From: an uncultured Acidobacteriota bacterium
GTDB taxonomy: Bacteria > Acidobacteriota > Thermoanaerobaculia > UBA5066
Assembly (NCBI GenBank): GCA_963779415.1
Contig: CAVZYA010000001.1
Coordinates: forward strand, 448,001 to 512,000
Length of the DNA stretch: 64,000 bases
Reading direction: 5' to 3'
The notes under the pieces are model-generated. The model was not told the DNA's origin. It did not search any database and saw only the letters and a list, made by a program, of their open reading frames with translations. Position 1 is the first letter of the stretch, and each line of letters opens with the position of its first letter. Of the stretch, positions 28,003 to 37,242 are shown one piece after another. Made by a program: the position numbers and the translations under genes.

Positions 28003-31000
28003 TCAGTTCGGGACCACCATCGGCAGATACGAGCCGTCGGACGTCCCCGTTCCGGGCGCCGCGCCGTCGTTGAGAACGCCGTACGTCACGAAATCCGACG
28101 AGCCCGAGGCCGCGCGGACCCGCGCGTACCCCTCGGCGATCCCGGCCTCCCGGAGGATCGCGTCGATCTGGGTCCATTCGCCACCCCGGAGAGTCCGGTG
28201 AAACGTGGCCGCAGGAGCGGCCGCGCCGGTTTCCGTGTCGAAGACGTCCACGACGTACTCGACGGCATCACCGCCGATCCTGGCGTCGGCGATGGCGAGG
28301 TTCGACCGCGATCGCCCGTCCTGCCGGAGGCCGAAGACGAACGCCTCGCTTTGCGCGCGCGAGGCGGCGTCGAGGGCGGGATAGGAGACCCCGAAAGTGC
28401 CGCCCACCGATGCATCGGGATTCGGGCTGAAGGTCCGCGACTGTGCGACCGCCCCCTCGACGAGGAGCGTCCCGCCCTGCGGCCCCTCCGCGATCGGGAG
28501 GCCCGCTTCCCGGAGGAACGCGATCGCGTTCGGAACGAATCGCTGCTCTCCCGCCCCGAGGTACACGGGAACGACCCCGCCGGCGCCCGGGCCCCAGACC
28601 GGAGCCGGAGTGAACGTCAGGGTCGCCGTCACCGGCGAGGGGGTCGCGTTCGCGAGGACGAGCTCGCTCTGATACGGGACGGTTCCCGGGATGTCGACGA
28701 TCGCCGGGACGAGCCCCCGGCTCCCTCCCGCCACGATGAGCGATCCGTCGGACGTTCCCCCTCCCGCCGCGCCGCCGTCGTTGACGACGCCGTAAGCGAT
28801 AAACCCGTCGTTGCCCGTGAGCCGCCGGACCCGGGCGTAGCCGTTCGCCGGCGCGCCGTAGACTTTGGAAAGAATCCGGTTCATCTGGGTGAACTCTCCC
28901 GGCGCGAGGGTTTGCCGGAGCGGCGCCCCGGCCGGGAGCCCGGTCGCACCGTCGAAGACCTGCACCTCGAGGGTGATCGGTCCTGGCACGGCGGTGAGAA
29001 GAGAGTGGACGAGCGCCAGATTCGAACGATGAACGGCGTCTTCCCGGAGGCCGTAGACCCAGACGTCGCCCGTCGCGGCTCCGCCATCCGGAGTCCCTGC
29101 CAGGAAGGTGCCGAACGACCCGTGAGCGGCTCCGCCCGCCACCGGCGTCGACGTTCGCGACCCCGCGAAAACGTCTGCCGGAGAGGAGACGCCCTCGAAC
29201 GTCAGGAAGAGCGAGCCTGTCGGGCTTCCTCCGGAGAAATCGTAGCCGTTCGCGGCGAGAAACGCGGTCGCGTCCGGTGCGTAGAACGAGCGGCCGGCCG
29301 GGAGAGAGCGGCCCACGACGGGACCTCCACCACCGGGCGATCCGGCGGCCGGGACGAACCGGAGAAAAAGGGTCGCATCCGTTCCGCTCCGGTTCACCGC
29401 GACGAGATCCGACGTGAAGTGCGCTCCCCCCTCTCCCGGAACGTCCACGACGGCCGCGATCTGAACCCCCTCGCCGAGCGTCGGGACGGGCACGCCCCCC
29501 ACCGTGACGGCAATCGAGACACGGCGCGTCACGCCGCCTGCCGACGCGGCGACGTTCAGGACGAACGAGCCGGACGCCGCCGCGGGCGACGCGCCGAGCC
29601 GGAGCGTCGCCGGAGCGTCCGCCGAGACCAGCCCGACGATTCCCGCCGTGGCGGGGGTCCGCGCCGGCGAAAGCGTCGCCGTGACTCCCTCCGGCGGGAG
29701 GTCCACCGAGATCGTGGCGAGGGGATCGCTTCCGTCCGCCGTGACGAGGGCGAGCCGGATGTCGAGATTGGCACCGGGCGTCAGCGCGACGACAGCGGGC
29801 GCGGCCGAAAGCGCGAAATCGGCTCCGGGAGTCGCGCTCGTGGCTTCGGCGACGGCGGCAGCGAGGGCGGCCCCGTCCGGCGAGCCGAGTCCGGTCACGG
29901 CGTCGTACCCCGGTCCGGCGTCGAACCCGGCGACGCCGGGGACGGTGTTGTTTCCGGACGTGATGTCCCGGAATGCGGAGATCGTCCCTTCGGCATACTG
30001 GCGGCGTCCCAGCTCGTAGAGGATCGGGTTCATGGACCCGAGACGGCCGCTCGCACTCTGCGCGAGAAGCGCGGCCACGCCCGCGAACGCCGGTGCGCTT
30101 GCCGACGTCCCCCAGACCGGGTAAAGCGACCCGAGGTGGACGAGGTAGTAGGGCGCCTCGCGCCCCGCAATCACCGCCACGTCCGGCAGGAGACGCTGCG
30201 TCCCGGCCGGGGCTCCCGGCACGGACTGCCACGTCGGTCGCGCGTAAAGGGTGCTGGCGCCGCCTCCGCTCGCGCGAAGGCCGTACCCCCCGGAGACCAG
30301 GCTGCTCTCGTTCCAGCTCACCTCCGGGATCGGCATGAGGATCGACTTCTTCGTCGTCGGGTCGTCCGTCGTCCCCCAGTAGAGCTGGGGATTCCCGCCC
30401 TCGTCGAACTGCGTTCCGCCGACCGACGTGGCGTTCGGGGAAGAGCCGAGTCCGTTCACCGCAGGGACGGTCCCCTTCGCAGCCGAGCTGTTCTGGCACC
30501 CCGCGGCCCCGGAGTCACCGGAGGAGACGAGGACGGCGATCCCCTGCGCGGCGGCCTGCGCCCAGAGATTCGAGAAGAACGAGGTCTCGGCCACCGAGAG
30601 GTTCTGCTCGCACGCGCCGTACGAGACGCTCACGATCCCCGCCACGTTCTGGTCGACCGCGTAGAGCGACGAGAGGTCGATTCCGTCGGTCGTCTCCGTG
30701 CTCTTCGAGACGACGACGACGACGTCCGCATCCGGAGCCACGCCGCCCGCCCACTCGATGTCCAGGTTCGTCTCGAGGAGTGCCGGATCGTAGGCGAGGA
30801 TTCCCGGATCGGGCCCGTTGAGAACGACGATCGGGTCCCTGGCCGGGAGGCCGAAGAAGGCCCGGTAGGCGCGGGAGTCGTTCATCCGGATGTTCGTCCG
30901 GGCGACGATCGCGATCTTCTCCCCCGCTCCGCGCGTGGAGGAGGCGTAGAGGGAATCGAGGCCGTAGAGCGTCGCAAAGTCCGCCGGCGCGAGGCCGAGG

Positions 31001-31617
31001 CGCCCGTAACCGTCGATGAAGTCCGGCGGAGCCAGCCGGGCGAAGGGCGCGCGCTTCACGAAGCCGGTCACGGGGAGAAGCCCGGCCACGGCGATCCTTC
31101 CGAGAGATGCGGGGAGCGTCATCGGGAGGATGTTCGCGAGATGCGGCGCCCCGTCCCGGACGTACTCGTGCATCTCTGTCCCGAAGGCCCGCTCGACGTC
31201 CGTGGCGCGCCCTGAGAAGAGAAGCGCCGTCCGGCCCGCGCCCGCTCCTTCCACGGCGAACCCCTCCTCCCGGAGCCATGCCGCGACCGCCTCGAGATCC
31301 GCGGCCGGGGCGCCGAACCGTGCGCCGAACTCCTGCGGCGTCAGCCAGCGGCGGAAGCGGGGAGAGGCCGGATTCCGGAGCTCCCGCAGAAGGGCTTCGA
31401 GCCCTTCCGGGTCCCTCATCGGGAAGACGAGAACGAGCTTCTCGAGGAGGAGGTCCGGATCCGCGCGCCCCGCATCCTTCGCGTCCCTGATCTCCACGGG
31501 GACGGCGGCCACCCGTGCGCCGCGCGCGACGGGCGCCCCCGCGCCCGAGAGTGGGGCCGAAAGGAGCGGAACGAGGAGAAGGAGACGAAAACGTACCGGG
31601 TCCACGGGACGCCTCAC
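28003..31617 (-). CDS. Secreted S53 (sedolisin/kumamolisin-like) serine peptidase with prodomain and duplicated C-terminal beta-rich module
   Basis: Signal peptide; prodomain WLTPQEFGARFG; catalytic ETNLDIEW, SSGDSG, GTSASAP; Ca site GYDAVTGLGS. GTG 31617 overlaps the upstream stop (alternative start 31605). Confidence 0.9.
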   Translation of the reverse strand: MRRPVDPVRFRLLLLVPLLSAPLSGAGAPVARGARVAAVPVEIRDAKDAGRADPDLLLEKLVLVFPMRDPEGLEALLRELRNPASPRFRRWLTPQEFGARFGAPAADLEAVAAWLREEGFAVEGAGAGRTALLFSGRATDVERAFGTEMHEYVRDGAPHLANILPMTLPASLGRIAVAGLLPVTGFVKRAPFARLAPPDFIDGYGRLGLAPADFATLYGLDSLYASSTRGAGEKIAIVARTNIRMNDSRAYRAFFGLPARDPIVVLNGPDPGILAYDPALLETNLDIEWAGGVAPDADVVVVVSKSTETTDGIDLSSLYAVDQNVAGIVSVSYGACEQNLSVAETSFFSNLWAQAAAQGIAVLVSSGDSGAAGCQNSSAAKGTVPAVNGLGSSPNATSVGGTQFDEGGNPQLYWGTTDDPTTKKSILMPIPEVSWNESSLVSGGYGLRASGGGASTLYARPTWQSVPGAPAGTQRLLPDVAVIAGREAPYYLVHLGSLYPVWGTSASAPAFAGVAALLAQSASGRLGSMNPILYELGRRQYAEGTISAFRDITSGNNTVPGVAGFDAGPGYDAVTGLGSPDGAALAAAVAEATSATPGADFALSAAPAVVALTPGANLDIRLALVTADGSDPLATISVDLPPEGVTATLSPARTPATAGIVGLVSADAPATLRLGASPAAASGSFVLNVAASAGGVTRRVSIAVTVGGVPVPTLGEGVQIAAVVDVPGEGGAHFTSDLVAVNRSGTDATLFLRFVPAAGSPGGGGPVVGRSLPAGRSFYAPDATAFLAANGYDFSGGSPTGSLFLTFEGVSSPADVFAGSRTSTPVAGGAAHGSFGTFLAGTPDGGAATGDVWVYGLREDAVHRSNLALVHSLLTAVPGPITLEVQVFDGATGLPAGAPLRQTLAPGEFTQMNRILSKVYGAPANGYARVRRLTGNDGFIAYGVVNDGGAAGGGTSDGSLIVAGGSRGLVPAIVDIPGTVPYQSELVLANATPSPVTATLTFTPAPVWGPGAGGVVPVYLGAGEQRFVPNAIAFLREAGLPIAEGPQGGTLLVEGAVAQSRTFSPNPDASVGGTFGVSYPALDAASRAQSEAFVFGLRQDGRSRSNLAIADARIGGDAVEYVVDVFDTETGAAAPAATFHRTLRGGEWTQIDAILREAGIAEGYARVRAASGSSDFVTYGVLNDGAAPGTGTSDGSYLPMVVPN

Positions 31618-32234
31618 GCCGCCGGGCCGCCCGTGGGTGGAGGAGGAGCCACCCGACGGCGCGAATGGAGGTTCACCGATCGCGCTACCCGGGGAACCGT
31701 GACGAGGAAGAGAAGCGCCAGCGCGAGGACCACGACGAGGGCCACCATCGGAAGAAAGATGGCGACCAGGCTCTGAAGGAAGGCGAGCACGTCCTCGGCG
31801 AGGGAGAGGGCCGCGTTCGCCATCCCGGCGGTCAGCGCCGTCGAGGTGAGGCGCGTGGCGCTCTTCACGAGATGCGCGATGAGCGCGACGACTCCCCCGC
31901 CGCCGCCGGCGACGACATTGAGGAGGGTACTTCCCTCCGGAGCCACCGCCGCGACGGCGAGGAGGGCGCCGACGAGCGGCCGGACCACGGAATGCAGGAC
32001 GTGCCAGATGTGATCGAGGCCGGGGATCTTGTCGGCGAAAAACTCGAGAAGGAAGAGGACCGAGAAGAGGGCGAGTGCCGGCGTCGACGCGAAAAGGTGC
32101 GCGATCGGCCCGGGAAAGGCGTCGGGAAAGAGCCGCGAGATCCCCCCGTAGACGAGGAGAACGGCGTACGCGTTCAGGCCGGCACCGGCGGCGAGCCCCA
32201 GCCCGGTCCCGAGGAGAGGAAGGGCGTTCTCCAT
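31614..32234 (-). CDS. DUF4126 family membrane protein
   Basis: AGLNAYA, LEFFADKIPGLD, VRPLVGA, SLAED motifs. Confidence 0.85.
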   Translation of the reverse strand: MENALPLLGTGLGLAAGAGLNAYAVLLVYGGISRLFPDAFPGPIAHLFASTPALALFSVLFLLEFFADKIPGLDHIWHVLHSVVRPLVGALLAVAAVAPEGSTLLNVVAGGGGGVVALIAHLVKSATRLTSTALTAGMANAALSLAEDVLAFLQSLVAIFLPMVALVVVLALALLFLVTVPRVARSVNLHSRRRVAPPPPTGGPAA

Positions 32235-32242
32235 CCCGTCCC

Positions 32243-33748
32243 CTATTCCTTCGCCGCGCCCATCTCGGCGAGCGCCGCCTTGGCACGCCGGTTCTTGCTG
32301 TCGAGCTTGAGGATCTCCTGCAACGCCTTGATCCGCTCCGGCTGGTTCCGCTCGGCGCGGCACGCCTCGGAGAGCTCCCAGAAGAGCTCCACGCTGGCCG
32401 GGATGTTCTTGATCGCGCGCCGCATCGTGTCCGACGACTGCCGGAGCCACTTCGGGTTCTTCCGCTGGATTCGCGAAAGGAGGATCCAGTAGTCCTTTTC
32501 CTCGGGATCGAACTCGACGGACTGCCGGACCATCTCGAACGCCGGGAAGAAGTCCTCCTCCTCGAAAAGGACCTTTGCCCGGGAGTAGTTCGCCTTCGCG
32601 ATCTGCTTCCGGAGGGTGACGTTCGACTCCGTCTTCGGCAGGTCGATCGTTTCGAGGATGCCGCGGGCGAGCGTCGCGTCATACGAAGCACGCGACGCCG
32701 CCGAGCGGAACGCGCGCTCCGACTGCCGGACCTTCTGGAAGAGCGATTCGAGGGCGTCACGCATCCCGGACATGTGGGGCTTCAGGTGGTTATCGGGATG
32801 GAAGAGCCGCGCCCGCTCGTGGACCGCCCGGTGCAGGAGGTCGTCCGGAACATCCCGCTCGACGCCGAGGAGGTCGTACAGCGTCGACCAGTCGAGCCTC
32901 CGGTATGCCGTCTCGACCGTACGCGCCTGCGTCTCGAGCATCTCGGCGCGCCGCGCGGGCGGAGGGCTCCCGGCTACCTCGACGTTCAGGAGGTCGAGGC
33001 CTCCGCCCGGAAACGGCTCGAGCGTCTTGTGGGCGGCGATGAACTGGATCAGGCCGGCCCCCGCGAGACGGGAGAGGAGCGCCGCATCGCGCGTCACGTC
33101 CTCGGTCAGGCGGAGGCCGTCCACCCGCCCGAGCACGTCGAATTCCTCGGGCGAGAGCGTCAGGACCTGATAGCGAAGGAGCAGATCGGGATGGAGGATC
33201 GGCCGGGACCGCGGCTCCACCACGGAGACGCCGCCGCGGCCGCGCCCTCCCGGAAGGCGGCGAAGGCCTTCGAGGATGAGGGTCCCCGTCGTCTTGTCGA
33301 ACCGGACCGGGAGGTCGGGCGTCTCTTCCATCGGGGCGGCCGTGAAGATGCCCGAGGTCCAGCGAAACGTTTCGTAGAGGATTCCCTCGGCGAGCGCACG
33401 CACGGCCGCCTGCGCTACGTACGACGGGACGGCGCCTGATTCGGTGAGGACCTTCGCGAGCCCGCGCCCCGGCTCGGCCATCGCCCGCTCGAACGCCGCG
33501 AGGAGGAGCTCCTCGTTCGCGAGGTCGAACCGCCGCAGCAGGTCGCCGACGCGCTGGGCCTCGCGGTTCGACGCGGCCGAGAGGAGCTGCCCGCGGTCGA
33601 ACCAGAACGTCCGCTCGTCCCCCGCGTGCGAAACGACGAGGCGCGTGCTCGTCCGGTCCCGGTAGAGGTTGCGGATCGTCTCCGCGAGCGACGTCCGCTC
33701 GAGCGAACCGCCAGCGAACAGTCCGGAGGACGGTCTCGATCCCGACAT
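32243..33748 (-). CDS. DUF4388-like domain, J domain and TPR protein
   Basis: N-terminal GSLERTSLAETI..FDRGQL..A (DUF4388/PATAN-like); LYDLLGV..RLFHPD J domain; C-terminal TPR-like helices. Confidence 0.75.
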   Translation of the reverse strand: MSGSRPSSGLFAGGSLERTSLAETIRNLYRDRTSTRLVVSHAGDERTFWFDRGQLLSAASNREAQRVGDLLRRFDLANEELLLAAFERAMAEPGRGLAKVLTESGAVPSYVAQAAVRALAEGILYETFRWTSGIFTAAPMEETPDLPVRFDKTTGTLILEGLRRLPGGRGRGGVSVVEPRSRPILHPDLLLRYQVLTLSPEEFDVLGRVDGLRLTEDVTRDAALLSRLAGAGLIQFIAAHKTLEPFPGGGLDLLNVEVAGSPPPARRAEMLETQARTVETAYRRLDWSTLYDLLGVERDVPDDLLHRAVHERARLFHPDNHLKPHMSGMRDALESLFQKVRQSERAFRSAASRASYDATLARGILETIDLPKTESNVTLRKQIAKANYSRAKVLFEEEDFFPAFEMVRQSVEFDPEEKDYWILLSRIQRKNPKWLRQSSDTMRRAIKNIPASVELFWELSEACRAERNQPERIKALQEILKLDSKNRRAKAALAEMGAAKE

Positions 33749-33758
33749 TCCGAAAATG

Positions 33759-35567
33759 TTAACCGGAAACGGGCCCGCCTCGTTCGCGAAAGCGGACGAT
33801 CCGCGAGGCGACGCTCTTTCCGGCCACGACCGCGAGCGCCTCCTCGCCCGCCGAAAGGACCGCGTCGGCACCTCCGAAGGCGGAGAGGAGCATGCGGACG
33901 CGCGCGGGTCCGAGCCCCGGGATCGCGAGCAGCGGGCTTTCCAGCGCCCGCTTTCCGCGGGCCCGGCGATGGCTCGCGAGGCTGAACCGGTGAGCCTCGT
34001 CCCGCGCCCGCTGCAGCAGCCGGAGGCCCGGGCTCCGGCGCGGGAGGACCAGCGGGGCGGAGCGCCCCGGGACGAAAACCTCTTCTTCGCGCTTCGCGAG
34101 CCCGGCGGCCGGAACCTCGAGTCCCAGCCGGTCGAGAGCCGCGAGGGCGGCCGAGAGCTGTCCCTTTCCGCCGTCGATGAGGAGGAGGTCCGGGAGCGGC
34201 ACCCCTTCCGCCGACATCCGGCCGTAGCGTCGCGTCACGGCTTCGGAGATCGAGGCGAAGTCGTCGGGTCCGGGGCTCCCGATCCGGAAGAGACGGTATT
34301 CGCCCTTCGCCGGCTCGCCGTCCACGAACACCACGCAGGCCGCGTACGTCTCCGACCCTTGCAGGTGGGAGACGTCGAAGCACTCGATCCGGGCGGGGCG
34401 CCGGTCGAGATCGAGGGCGCGGGCGAGCGCGAGCGTCGCCTTCTCCCCCGCTTCCCGGATCTTCCGGAACCTCCGTACGTGGTTCTGCCGGGCGTTGTCT
34501 CGCGCGATCCGGACCCTTTCGAAGGCGGAGCCCCGCTGCGGCGTCCGGATGGTGACACGGCTTCCCCGCCGCTCCGTGAGCCACCGTTCCACCGGCTCGA
34601 GGGCTTCGGGCGGGACCTCCGCGGGAAGGTGAATCTCCCGCGGGAGGAAGGTCGTCGTGTCGTAGTACTGCGAGAGGAGCGCCACCCAGAACTCTTCCGG
34701 ATCGACTTCCCCGATTCCCTCCCAGAAATACTCGCGCGAGTCGAGAACGGCGCCCCCCCGGACGAAGAGAAGGGAGACGGAGAGATTTCCGGCGTCGAGA
34801 AACTCCCCGAAGACATCCACGTCCTCGCCCGCCACGCTCTGGACCCGCTGCTTTTCGGCCAGCTCCTCGACCGTCCGGAGGCAGTCCCGGTAGGCCGCCG
34901 CCATCTCGAAGCTCTCCGCCTCGGCCGCGGAGCGCATCTTCGCCTCGAGGCGCGGCGCCAGCTCCTCGTTCTTCCCGGAGAGAAAGAGGAGCACGTCCCG
35001 GACGGCGTCGTCGTACGCGGCCTTCGTCGTGAGGCCGGCGACGCAGGGGGCGAGACAGGCATGCATGTCCCAGTAGAGACAGGGGCGCGGAAGGCGTCCG
35101 TCGATCTCGATCCGGCAGGTCCGGATCTGGAACATCCGCTGGATCATCCGCATCGCGCCGCGGGCCGTCCGGCCCGGGAGATAGGGGCCGAAGTAGCTGG
35201 CGCCGTCCTTCAGGACGCGTCGGGTCACGAACGCGCGAGGCCACTCCTCGCCCGTCGTCACCTTGATGTACGGGTAGGTCTTGTCGTCGCGGAGGCAGAT
35301 GTTGTAGCGGGGCTTGTGCCGCTTGATGAAGGCGTTCTCCAGCGCCAGCGCCTCGCTCTCCGTGTTCGCGACGACGGTGTCGACGGTCGCGAAGTCCGCA
35401 AGGAGCGCCTCCGTCTTCGGGTGCTTCGGCCCGGCGGTGAAGTACGAGGCGAGCCTTTTCCTTATCGACCGCGCCTTCCCGACGTAGAGGATCTTCCCCT
35501 TCGCATCCTTGAAGAGGTAGATCCCCGGCTGGTCGGGATAGGTCGCGAGGTCCGGCGGGGCGCCCAT
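33759..35567 (-). CDS. uvrC: Excinuclease ABC subunit C
   Basis: PGIYLF..ILYVGKA (GIY-YIG), IECFDVSH, IDGGKGQL, RDEAHRF, HhH IPGLG. Confidence 0.97.
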   Translation of the reverse strand: MGAPPDLATYPDQPGIYLFKDAKGKILYVGKARSIRKRLASYFTAGPKHPKTEALLADFATVDTVVANTESEALALENAFIKRHKPRYNICLRDDKTYPYIKVTTGEEWPRAFVTRRVLKDGASYFGPYLPGRTARGAMRMIQRMFQIRTCRIEIDGRLPRPCLYWDMHACLAPCVAGLTTKAAYDDAVRDVLLFLSGKNEELAPRLEAKMRSAAEAESFEMAAAYRDCLRTVEELAEKQRVQSVAGEDVDVFGEFLDAGNLSVSLLFVRGGAVLDSREYFWEGIGEVDPEEFWVALLSQYYDTTTFLPREIHLPAEVPPEALEPVERWLTERRGSRVTIRTPQRGSAFERVRIARDNARQNHVRRFRKIREAGEKATLALARALDLDRRPARIECFDVSHLQGSETYAACVVFVDGEPAKGEYRLFRIGSPGPDDFASISEAVTRRYGRMSAEGVPLPDLLLIDGGKGQLSAALAALDRLGLEVPAAGLAKREEEVFVPGRSAPLVLPRRSPGLRLLQRARDEAHRFSLASHRRARGKRALESPLLAIPGLGPARVRMLLSAFGGADAVLSAGEEALAVVAGKSVASRIVRFRERGGPVSG

Positions 35568-35592
35568 CGTCCCCGATTCTAGGGAGACGCCC

Positions 35593-37242
35593 TCAGAGGA
35601 CCTTTCCGATCCCCTTCGCCAGCGTCGACATCTTTACGTACCCGAAGAAGCGCCCGCTTCCCATCAGGCCGAGCGCTTCGGGGATCTTGGTGCGCGGGTC
35701 CTTCGCGTAGAGGGTCCCGAAGGCGCGGCGCGTGAACTTCTGGAACGCGCCGTCGTAGGGGTACCACCACGGCATCGCCGGAGCCGCCCCCATGTCCATG
35801 CTGACGTGCTTGAGGTTGACGAGCTCGTAGAGGCCGTAGATGGCGTGACTCCGCCCGAGCCCCGACTTCTTGATCCCGCCCCAGCTCGCCGTCGGCTCGC
35901 CGAACGAGAAGAGATGGTCGTTGATCGTGACGGTGCCGGCGGCCAGCTCGGAGGCGAAGCGCTCGGCGGTCTTCCGCGAGCGGGTCCAGCCGGAGGCCGT
36001 CAGGCCGAACTCCGAGTCGTTCGCCAGCGTGATGGCCTCGTCGAGAGTCTTCACGACCTGTATCGGAAGGGTCGGACCGAACGTCTCCTCGCGCATGGCG
36101 CGCATCGAGTGATTCACCTTCGTCAGGACGGTCGGCGGAAACCAGAATCCCTTCGCGGACGGGCGCTCTCCGCCATGCAGCACCTTCGCTCCCCGGGCCA
36201 CGGCGTCGGCCACGTGCTCCTCGACGACGGCGCGCTGCTCGGACGTCGTCATCGGCCCCATGTCCGTCGCCTCCGCCGTCGGGTCTCCGACCCGGAGGGC
36301 CTTCGTCCGGGCGACCACCTTCCCGATGAACTCGTCCGCGACGCTCCGGACGACGTAGACCCGCTCGACGGAGCCGCAGGCCTGCCCCGAGTTCATGAAT
36401 GCCGCCCAGACGATCCCCGCCGCGGCCCGGTCCAGGTCCGCGTCGGCCGCGACGATCGAGGGGTCCTTCCCGCCCAGCTCGAGAACGGAGCCCGTCAGGT
36501 TTCCGGCCGCCGTCTCCAGGACGTGCCGACCGGTCTCGACGGAGCCCGTGAAGAGGATCTTGGCGAGTCCGGGGTGCCTGATGAGCCGGTCCGTGTCGGA
36601 GCCGCCCGCCGTCACGACGTTCACGACGCCCGGCGGGAGCCCCGCGCGACGGCAGAGGTCCCCGATCAGGATCCCGGTCAACGCGGTGGCCGACGCCGGC
36701 TTCAGGACGACGGTGTTCCCCGCCGCGAGGCAGGCCGAGATCTCGACCATCGGGATGGCGAACGGAAAGTTCCACGGCGTCACGACGGCGATGACCCCGA
36801 GCGGGTCGAACCGGAACGACGCCTCCTTGTGGGCGAAGAGGATCTGCTCGTAGTCGACTCGTTTCGGCGCAAGCAGCTCGCCGAGGAACCTCGAGAGGTA
36901 GCGGAGGGTATCGGCGGCCGGGACGATGTCCACGGCACGCGCCTCCCCGATCGGCTTGCCCTGCTCGACGGCGATCAGCCGCTCGATCTCGCCGTGATTC
37001 TTCCGGACCGTCTCCAGGAGCCGGCCGAGGTGCTTCTGCCGCTCGGCGAACGAAGTTCCCGACCAGTGCCGGAACGCCTTGGCCGCCGCGGCGACGGCGG
37101 CGTCGATCTCGGGGGCGCCGGCCCGCTCGACCTCGGCGAAGGGCTCCCCCGTGGAGGGCCTGATCGCGGGAACCACCCGCCCCGTCGCCACGTCCTGCCC
37201 GTCGATGATGGGATGGCGGTTCGGGGCGAGCGCGCTCTTCAT
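35593..37242 (-). CDS. Aldehyde dehydrogenase family protein
   Basis: TPWNFP, LKPAS, FTGS, LELGGKD, catalytic GQAC, EETFGP. Confidence 0.93.
   Translation of the reverse strand: MKSALAPNRHPIIDGQDVATGRVVPAIRPSTGEPFAEVERAGAPEIDAAVAAAAKAFRHWSGTSFAERQKHLGRLLETVRKNHGEIERLIAVEQGKPIGEARAVDIVPAADTLRYLSRFLGELLAPKRVDYEQILFAHKEASFRFDPLGVIAVVTPWNFPFAIPMVEISACLAAGNTVVLKPASATALTGILIGDLCRRAGLPPGVVNVVTAGGSDTDRLIRHPGLAKILFTGSVETGRHVLETAAGNLTGSVLELGGKDPSIVAADADLDRAAAGIVWAAFMNSGQACGSVERVYVVRSVADEFIGKVVARTKALRVGDPTAEATDMGPMTTSEQRAVVEEHVADAVARGAKVLHGGERPSAKGFWFPPTVLTKVNHSMRAMREETFGPTLPIQVVKTLDEAITLANDSEFGLTASGWTRSRKTAERFASELAAGTVTINDHLFSFGEPTASWGGIKKSGLGRSHAIYGLYELVNLKHVSMDMGAAPAMPWWYPYDGAFQKFTRRAFGTLYAKDPRTKIPEALGLMGSGRFFGYVKMSTLAKGIGKVL

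Noticed and set aside
27640-28201. Short ORFs over 27640-28200
   Set aside because: They overlap the RNase P RNA and the S53 gene end, with no coding signature.
28003-32760. 1585-aa giant protein
   Set aside because: The N-terminal ~380 residues are an alternative-frame overlap of the DUF4126 and J-domain genes; the signal peptide starts near 31617.
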